A DNA stretch of 64,000 nucleotides from Candidatus Omnitrophota bacterium. Lineage in GTDB: Bacteria > Omnitrophota > Gorgyraeia > B26-G9 > JBDRCZ01. The stretch covers positions 18,699 through 82,698 of the forward strand of contig JBDRCZ010000058.1 in NCBI GenBank assembly GCA_043821285.1, written 5' to 3'. Made by a program: the position numbers and the translations under genes. The notes under the pieces are model-generated. The model was not told the DNA's origin. It saw only the letters and a program-made list of their open reading frames with translations, and made no database searches. Each line of letters starts with the position of its first letter. The stretch's first letter is position 1. Positions 57,446 through 64,000 of the stretch are shown piece by piece.

Positions 57446-60400
57446 CTACTCCATATCTCGCTCAACTAAATTTACATCCCACTCATTTATCACCCCATCC
57501 CCATTTACATCCGCCCAGGGCAGGAAGCCATCAATCACAATCTGCCGGTCTTTCTCATCTACTTCTCCGTCGCGGTTTAAATCCGTATGCGGTAGATAAC
57601 GTTCTATATGCACAGTCATTTTATGATAATCAACCTTTACGATCTCAAAATCATCATAATCAATGGTCCCGTCTCTATTTATATCTGCTTCCGGCTTAGC
57701 TGCTGCCCCTTGACTCAAAAATCTTGCAATAACACCAAAATCCGCGATGTTCACCTGACCGTCTTTATTAATATCAGCAATAAGCATACCTTGCTTGCCA
57801 AAATCTATGGAAAGTAAAATCTCGTCAATTGTATTAACCTCATTATCCCCATTAAGATCCGCACGCGGGTCATTAAGGGGAGATTTTTGATAATTATCCA
57901 TGAAGATATATAAATCCGGCATATTTACTGCTCCATCCCGGTTAATATCCGCAAGCAGATATTGCCCCACTGCCTGCCAGACCGTAAAAACACAATTAGC
58001 ATAGCTTCTGCCTGTAGGTGTCTCTACTATAACCTGACCACTGGTTGCTCCAACCGGAACTTTTACTTGAATCTCACTATCTGACCAGCTTAAATAATCC
58101 GTTACCGCTATTCCATTAAAGGTAACTCTAGATGTACCTTGATTTGAGCCAAAGTTCTGACCAGTGATGGTGACCTTAGTGGTAATGTAGCCGCCTGAAC
58201 GGGAAAGGGAATTAACCATAGGTGATGGATAACAGCCAGTATGCTGCGGGTCATGGCAGAATTGTGGCCAAGGAAAATAAGTTTTCTCAACCGCTCCTTC
58301 ATTGTTATGGTCAAGGGCAAATATTTTCCCATCATAGTTAGAAGCAATTACCTCAACATCATTATCACCATCTAAATCCCCTAATGCACAAGTCTGAAGG
58401 GCCCAAAGAGTACCGCCTATAGCAATAGGATATCCCGCGATTCTTGTTCCATCATGATGCCATGCATAAATTGACTTTGAATAAAAAGCCGTAACCATAA
58501 CCTCTAAATCTCCATCCCCATCAATATCTCCAATCACAGGATTAGGCAAAGGAACGGCTACTTCTCTTGGCCATCCGGTAAGTGGCTGACCCAAGTGGTT
58601 AAAGGCTATCACTTGGGTATCCGTGGTATCGATTATATCAAGATATCCATCATTATCTAAATCCGCAACAGCAGGATACGAATAAGGACAAAAATTAGCG
58701 GATGTAGTCTCTATTGGCCAACTACCCTCTACTAAGGACCCATCACCATTAAAGGCATAAAAAAGGTGTTCATCTATATAATAGCCACTCCCGTCGATAA
58801 ATTTACTTTGCTTGATAATAATCTCGTTTTGGCTATCATTGTCGATATCAGCCAGGACAGGCTTTTGAAGAAGCGCTCCTTCTTTAACAAGTTTAGACCA
58901 GACTTCACTGCCATCAGGATTAAAGACATAAAGATAGCCCTGATATGTGGCAATGACAATTTCTAACTCAGGGTCATTGTCAATATTACCCACTGCTGGC
59001 GGGGCACTAATAATTTGACCCAAGTTCTTTGGCCACTGATTGGAATAAAGATTACCCTCGCGATCCCAGACATAGAGTCTATCCCTATTGGAAAATATTA
59101 CCTCTGGCTGGCTATCTTGATTAATGTCAGCTACGACTACTGTCTGAAATAAATTATAGCTTGAACCTCCGGTTACAGCCTGTGGCCATTTTCCATTGAT
59201 AAATTCCGTTCCATCCATATGGAAAACATGGACCGTAGCAGAATAGTACACAATAATCTCATCCCCAGGATAATTCGGATCAATGTCAGCAATAGAAGGA
59301 ATTACGGAGAGGGCATTAATATCAGTAACAATATCTACCGGCCATCCGGGTAAAGGATGTCCCTGGTAATCAAAAACCTCTAACCTCGAAAAAACAGATG
59401 TAATAACCTCCATTCTACCATCGTGATCTAAGTCTGCTACTACAGGATTAGCCTCAACTATAATATCACTCGCTTGAACTGGCCAACCTGCTTGATAATG
59501 AATATTGTTAATCCGGATTAAAACCCGGTCCTCAAACTGATTGCCTAGATTATCAGTTACCACAAGCCGGATTATATAATCCCCTAGCAAACCATGGGTA
59601 TCCCAGGGCAGCAATAAATCACCATTTTCTACTGGGGTGGAAAAGCTTCCCAATGTTATCCAAGAGGTAGGAATTTCACCAACACCATATTCAACTCTAT
59701 AGCTTTGAAACCCTGTTCCATAGGCAGAACCTGTAATGGAAAGAACCCAATTGTCTGTAAGTTCTCCTACATTTATATTGGTCAATGGCGAGGTTATCTT
59801 GGCTACACAAGCGGTGTCAGTTTGTAGAGCTCTATAAGCATTCAGCCTTCCATAGCCTGAGTCTTCATCCCATCCAGGTGCTCCTACATCATCTGCTGAT
59901 GTCCTAAGAACCTGCCGTACTTGTTCTGCATTAAACTCAGGATGTTTGGATAAAATCAAAGCTGCTGCTCCTGCCACATGGGGACAGGCCATTGATGTCC
60001 CTCTAACACGATAATAGTTTGTGTCAACAACATTTTTACCGTCACCATACATATCTGTATTGGAAGCGCGCAAAGAAAGAATATTGGCATATGTTCTATT
60101 AATATCATCCGACCAACTATCTCCTCCAGGGGCAGCTACATCTATCTTTAGTCCATAGTTAGAAAAGTCAGCCTTCTGGTCATTATGGTCGGTTGCTGCT
60201 ACCGTAATTACCTTATTATGATTTGCAGGAGAGTAATAACTTACCTCATCGTTGCTGTTCCCGGCAGCAGCTACTAATACACATCCTATATTATAAGCAT
60301 AATCTAAGACTTCAGTTATAAGTTGAAAATCTGCTGCGCCACCCCAAGAATTACTAATTACATCAGCACCATTGTCAGCAGCATATCTTAAGGCATTGGC

Positions 60401-61438
60401 TAAACTTGATTCATAGCCCGAACCACCATCATCAAGCCCTTTTACTGCCATCGCCTTAGCATTAGGAGCTACCCCAATCACACCTTTAGCGTTGTTACCT
60501 ATTGCCGCAATGGTCCCAGCACAATGTGTGCCATGGCCATGGCCATCTTGAGGATCGTTATCCCCATAAGCAAAATCATACCCGTAGCAGTCATCTATAA
60601 ACCCATTTCCATCATCATCAATACCATTACCAAGAATTTCACCCGGATTAATCCATATATTAGCAGCAATATCTTCATGATTATAGTCTATGCCGGTATC
60701 TATTACCGCAACAACCACTCCTTCGCCCTGGGCAATATCCCAGGCCGGTTCACAGTTTAATTTATCCTGTTTCAATCCCCATAAGTCATCATAGTCCTGT
60801 CCCCAGGCGCCACTTGAGGAATAATACGGATCATTGGGAACCATTTGTATCATGGCAATATAATTCGGCTCTGCATATTCTACATTGGGGTCTTTCTTAT
60901 ATTGCTCACAGATCGCTAAGATATTTGCGTCTTTGTCTTCCATGGTGAGTTTGTAGATATTTGTCAGATTAGGAACCTTTTTATCTTTTGGCGCACGTGC
61001 TGCCCGTTTAGGAAATTTTGCCTTTATCTCTTCATTATAAGCTGTCATACTCATCCCTGTAGACATCATCTTTTTCTTTAAAGCCTTAAATACTGGTGCT
61101 ATTTTCTTAACCTTATGTTTGTAATTAAGGTTATCTATGGAACTAATACCAGTTGCAGTTGTTGATAAACTTAGGTCTACAGGTGTTAATTTTTTATTTA
61201 ATACCTGACCTGCCTCATCTTTAAACTTAACAATTATCTCCCCTGGTGCGTATTCTGGCTTAAGTATTCCGCTTCCAGAATGCTGCCCTCTTATGTCGAG
61301 CGGATCAACTGACTGTTCTCCAGTTGCTGTAAGTTCTTCTTCCTTTACTAATCCTCTTGCCTGCAGGGTTGTTACACCAATAATCACCAACCCTAATATC
61401 AAAACCATTATCATTTGTCTAAATCTATTCTTTCCCAT
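57446..61438 (-). CDS. Secreted subtilisin-like serine protease (S8) with an 8-bladed FG-GAP/VCBS-like propeller, an IPT/TIG domain and 5-6 dockerin-like Ca-binding repeats
   Basis: Signal peptide. I9-like propeptide. Catalytic triad motifs DTGIDYNHEDI, HGTHCAGTIAA, GTSMACPHVAG. Repeats of the form (V/I)ADLDxDG. IPT (VTITGQNFGSNQGTSRVTFNG). DINRDGAVN / DLNGDNEVN / DINKDGQVN / DINRDGTID / DLNRDGEVD / DVNGDGVIN loops. C-terminal tail LPWADVNGDGVINEWDVNLVERDME. Confidence 0.85.
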   Translation of the reverse strand: MGKNRFRQMIMVLILGLVIIGVTTLQARGLVKEEELTATGEQSVDPLDIRGQHSGSGILKPEYAPGEIIVKFKDEAGQVLNKKLTPVDLSLSTTATGISSIDNLNYKHKVKKIAPVFKALKKKMMSTGMSMTAYNEEIKAKFPKRAARAPKDKKVPNLTNIYKLTMEDKDANILAICEQYKKDPNVEYAEPNYIAMIQMVPNDPYYSSSGAWGQDYDDLWGLKQDKLNCEPAWDIAQGEGVVVAVIDTGIDYNHEDIAANIWINPGEILGNGIDDDGNGFIDDCYGYDFAYGDNDPQDGHGHGTHCAGTIAAIGNNAKGVIGVAPNAKAMAVKGLDDGGSGYESSLANALRYAADNGADVISNSWGGAADFQLITEVLDYAYNIGCVLVAAAGNSNDEVSYYSPANHNKVITVAATDHNDQKADFSNYGLKIDVAAPGGDSWSDDINRTYANILSLRASNTDMYGDGKNVVDTNYYRVRGTSMACPHVAGAAALILSKHPEFNAEQVRQVLRTSADDVGAPGWDEDSGYGRLNAYRALQTDTACVAKITSPLTNINVGELTDNWVLSITGSAYGTGFQSYRVEYGVGEIPTSWITLGSFSTPVENGDLLLPWDTHGLLGDYIIRLVVTDNLGNQFEDRVLIRINNIHYQAGWPVQASDIIVEANPVVADLDHDGRMEVITSVFSRLEVFDYQGHPLPGWPVDIVTDINALSVIPSIADIDPNYPGDEIIVYYSATVHVFHMDGTEFINGKWPQAVTGGSSYNLFQTVVVADINQDSQPEVIFSNRDRLYVWDREGNLYSNQWPKNLGQIISAPPAVGNIDNDPELEIVIATYQGYLYVFNPDGSEVWSKLVKEGALLQKPVLADIDNDSQNEIIIKQSKFIDGSGYYIDEHLFYAFNGDGSLVEGSWPIETTSANFCPYSYPAVADLDNDGYLDIIDTTDTQVIAFNHLGQPLTGWPREVAVPLPNPVIGDIDGDGDLEVMVTAFYSKSIYAWHHDGTRIAGYPIAIGGTLWALQTCALGDLDGDNDVEVIASNYDGKIFALDHNNEGAVEKTYFPWPQFCHDPQHTGCYPSPMVNSLSRSGGYITTKVTITGQNFGSNQGTSRVTFNGIAVTDYLSWSDSEIQVKVPVGATSGQVIVETPTGRSYANCVFTVWQAVGQYLLADINRDGAVNMPDLYIFMDNYQKSPLNDPRADLNGDNEVNTIDEILLSIDFGKQGMLIADINKDGQVNIADFGVIARFLSQGAAAKPEADINRDGTIDYDDFEIVKVDYHKMTVHIERYLPHTDLNRDGEVDEKDRQIVIDGFLPWADVNGDGVINEWDVNLVERDME

Positions 61439-61607
61439 CTTCCCTCTCCTCCTTATTTTTTGCTTCGCAAAAAATAGAGCAATTGATAATTGACAGTTCC
61501 TGCCTGCAGGCAGGGAAAATAAAATGTGCCTTCTATTGCTCAGTTTTTTATTTCCAAAGCAGTTCTCTACACTATATACTATATCCTATATACGACATAC
61601 GATTAAA

Positions 61608-64000
61608 CTACTCCATATCTCTCTCAACCAAGTTCACATCCCACGCATTTATCACCCCATCTCCATTTACATCTGCCCAGGGCAGGAGCCCATCAATTAC
61701 AACTCGCAGGTCATTTGTATCTACACTGCCGTCGCGGTTTAAGTCCGTATCCAGCAAATAGCGCGTTATATCAGCGATAGTCTTAGTAAAATCCACTTTC
61801 ACAATCTCTAAGTCATCAAAGCCAATATTTCCATCTCTATTTACATCTGCCCGCGGCTTAGCTGATACACTCTGTCCAAGAAATTCTGATAGAATATCAT
61901 GATCCGCTATATTGACCTGTCCGTCTTTGTTAATATCAGTAATAAGGGTACCTTGCTTAAGATAATCCTTCATCAGCAAGCCAAAGTCTACGATATTTAC
62001 CTGCCCATTACCATTGATATCCGCTCGAATGCGCTCAGGATCAATCATCGCTCCTATTTTCAAATACTGGCTGACTAAGATGCCAAAATCAGCTATATTT
62101 ACCTGTCCATCCCGGTTAATATCACTAATCAGATATTGTCCCACTGCCTGCCAGACCGTAAAGACCTTATCTGTATTACTTGTGCCAGTAACTGTCGCTG
62201 CCACAACCGGGCCAATAGTTGTTCCAGCAGGCACCTTAACCTCTATCTGGTTACCTGTCCAACTGAGATAATCCGTTGCCTCAACGCCATTGAAGGTAAC
62301 TTTGGATGCACCTTGAGTGGCGCCAAAGCCTTGGCCGGTAATGGTAACATTGGTTTGGATATAGCCTTGGTTGGGATAAAGGGAAGAAATAATCACTGTC
62401 GATCCTGAATATTCTGCATGTAAAGCAAGTTCAGGATCTCCAAATAAATTGAGTTCAAGATAACACAATCTGTTCTGATTATAATTTAAATAGGGAATAT
62501 TATCTTCTTTAGAATCTTGATTTGCCCTGCCCAGATTTAATATGCCCTCCCCTAAAACCGCATCCCAGAATTGCCGGTTATAATACTGCGAAGAACCGTT
62601 AGTCGAATTCAGTACACCATACCCATAGCGAGAATTACCAATAAAGGCAAAAGCCCCATACCTGCCAGTAGTAAGATGTTCAAGGATACAGTCATTTGGT
62701 AAAAAATACTCTTGTGCATATGGTGCACGATTATTAAAAGCACCTGCATAGCAGCCCTGACTATAGCCAAAGAAATATTCTTCGTTATTAAGCATGGTAT
62801 CTACATCACTATTGCTCATCTTCATTATATGCGTTACGTTGGCGTGACCCAAATGATTAATAATATGTACATGATTATTAAGGATATTGATTAAATCTTC
62901 TTTAGGCCAAGAATAGTCTTTATCATATAGAGTTTTTACATCAAAAAAACTGTTGTCTACAAAACCAGTGGTTGTGTAGCCGTGATTATCAGAGCCTAAT
63001 CTAATCTCCTCCATATAATCAGCACCATAAGTAGGAGGATCACTTGCCCATAATAATTCACCTGCCATATAAACATTTTGCAGGTAAGAAGAGTTAGAAT
63101 TATCATAGGCAATGGTTTTATTTACAAAATTCTCAACCTCGGTAACCGAATCAACAGGCGCCCTTCCCACATAAACCTCCGCCAGTAAATCTATCTCTCC
63201 GCCGGCCACTCCATCGTTGTATGAGCCATAACGACCATCGCCATCGTAATCAAAACTACCATCTAAACATGCATAATAGAGGTCAGAAGCATGATAATAT
63301 AGAACCCTTGCAGGAATAATATTATCTCCACTCTCACCACCCACATCTGCTCCATCACCATCACCACCTAAAAGCACATACTTCGTATGCCAGTTATGGT
63401 AGGCATCGATAATGAAATTGCGGATTTTTGTCTGATTATCCACTCCCCCATCGGGTCTAGTCCCATCGTAGTGGGCATATATCCATTCGGTAGTTACCAT
63501 GGTTGCGGTGATACCTTTTTCTATCTTATAATCAATAAGCGGCTGAAAGGCATCGCTAAATTCCTCTTTGGTGATAAGCACATATTGATAATTACCCGGG
63601 GCAGCAAGGGTAGTTAATGTGCTTTCTGTCTGGATCGTCGCCGCATTAAGTTCGATAATATTTTCTTCTTTATTATAAGTACTTATCGTCTGGGGATTAT
63701 CGACATATTCAAGTAATCTCTGTTTATCATCATCCATGGCACGCAATCTTTGCTTTATCTCTGTAGGAGAAATGACCTCTCCTGTAGCACTAAGGGTTCT
63801 GGCCACTAATACGGGTTCGGTAGTTACGATTAACGTCATACTCCTATAATAGGCAAGCCTTCCTGAAAGAGGACAATACTCTACCGGATGAAGATTTATA
63901 ACAGCAATATCATAGCCAAGTATCACCTGTTTGGTCGGTAATTTAGCTACGCGGATATCTGGATATATATCGTCTCTCTCGTATATTCCCTTATTAGGTA
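61608..64000 (-). CDS. Clan-CD cysteine peptidase, gingipain (C25)-like, with an IPT/TIG domain and dockerin-like repeats. The 5' end lies beyond the window.
   Basis: GHANVTH (catalytic His) and YSQGCYAGAF (catalytic Cys) caspase-fold motifs. IPT (VTITGQGFGATQGASKVTFNG). Six DxNxDGxVN loops. Identical tail LPWADVNGDGVINAWDVNLVERDME. The reading frame stays open from 63926 to 64000, so the true start is upstream of the window. Confidence 0.75.
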   Translation of the reverse strand, partial: PNKGIYERDDIYPDIRVAKLPTKQVILGYDIAVINLHPVEYCPLSGRLAYYRSMTLIVTTEPVLVARTLSATGEVISPTEIKQRLRAMDDDKQRLLEYVDNPQTISTYNKEENIIELNAATIQTESTLTTLAAPGNYQYVLITKEEFSDAFQPLIDYKIEKGITATMVTTEWIYAHYDGTRPDGGVDNQTKIRNFIIDAYHNWHTKYVLLGGDGDGADVGGESGDNIIPARVLYYHASDLYYACLDGSFDYDGDGRYGSYNDGVAGGEIDLLAEVYVGRAPVDSVTEVENFVNKTIAYDNSNSSYLQNVYMAGELLWASDPPTYGADYMEEIRLGSDNHGYTTTGFVDNSFFDVKTLYDKDYSWPKEDLINILNNHVHIINHLGHANVTHIMKMSNSDVDTMLNNEEYFFGYSQGCYAGAFNNRAPYAQEYFLPNDCILEHLTTGRYGAFAFIGNSRYGYGVLNSTNGSSQYYNRQFWDAVLGEGILNLGRANQDSKEDNIPYLNYNQNRLCYLELNLFGDPELALHAEYSGSTVIISSLYPNQGYIQTNVTITGQGFGATQGASKVTFNGVEATDYLSWTGNQIEVKVPAGTTIGPVVAATVTGTSNTDKVFTVWQAVGQYLISDINRDGQVNIADFGILVSQYLKIGAMIDPERIRADINGNGQVNIVDFGLLMKDYLKQGTLITDINKDGQVNIADHDILSEFLGQSVSAKPRADVNRDGNIGFDDLEIVKVDFTKTIADITRYLLDTDLNRDGSVDTNDLRVVIDGLLPWADVNGDGVINAWDVNLVERDME

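Overview
This 64-kb window is a low-GC (about 40%) bacterial chromosomal segment in which 38 of about 40 genes lie on the minus strand. There are no rRNA, tRNA, CRISPR, IS or prophage signatures.

The ORF track has a major blind spot. Positions 1-9094 are one uninterrupted minus-strand reading frame. It starts with ATG at 9094 (preceded by a GGTGA ribosome-binding site and an upstream in-frame TGA) and runs off the left edge, so it is more than 3031 codons long. It encodes a signal-peptide-bearing giant protein with two tandem ClpB/Hsp104-type AAA+ modules. All listed + ORFs in 480-9128 are antisense artefacts of this gene.

Positions 9.3-38.9 kb are housekeeping genes. In order: pgm-like, purN, archaeal-type apgM, a response regulator, rsmI, era, NapH-like polyferredoxin plus Tat-DUF362, M48 peptidase, a DUF4416-like gene and a 4Fe-4S protein. 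Then come a Type II R-M pair in an AT-rich islet and two PilZ paralogs. These are followed by a LarA-like gene and an HcnABC/proline-dehydrogenase-like four-gene flavoenzyme cluster. The block ends with mnmE, folC, purH, a BFN nuclease, a CheC-like gene, ferredoxin, ccdA, thioredoxin and a rhomboid protease.

Positions 39.6-64 kb are a cell-surface and secretion locus:
- an HD-GYP phosphodiesterase and a CE4-like deacetylase;
- a PgaC-like processive GT2 translationally coupled to a 2230-aa NHL plus RHS/YD protein with an unusual 840-aa post-core extension;
- a TonB-dependent receptor;
- a GH-A glycosidase carrying tandem F5/8-CBM6 duplications;
- two adjacent secreted proteases (subtilase S8 and gingipain-like C25) that share an IPT plus multi-dockerin-like C-terminal module with an identical 25-aa tail.

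Several non-coding families recur:
- a roughly 110-bp mosaic intergenic element (hairpin plus U-tract, 10-bp inverted-repeat box, CTTTCCC), 6 copies;
- a roughly 75-nt structured leader, tandemly duplicated before pilZ and again before the HD-GYP gene;
- a TTTGACAGAACC motif at a fixed 21-25 nt upstream of four start codons, plus a perfect 37-bp palindrome of the same half-site;
- three TGACA-NN-TGTCA palindromes upstream of purH;
- a heptanucleotide STR inside mnmE.
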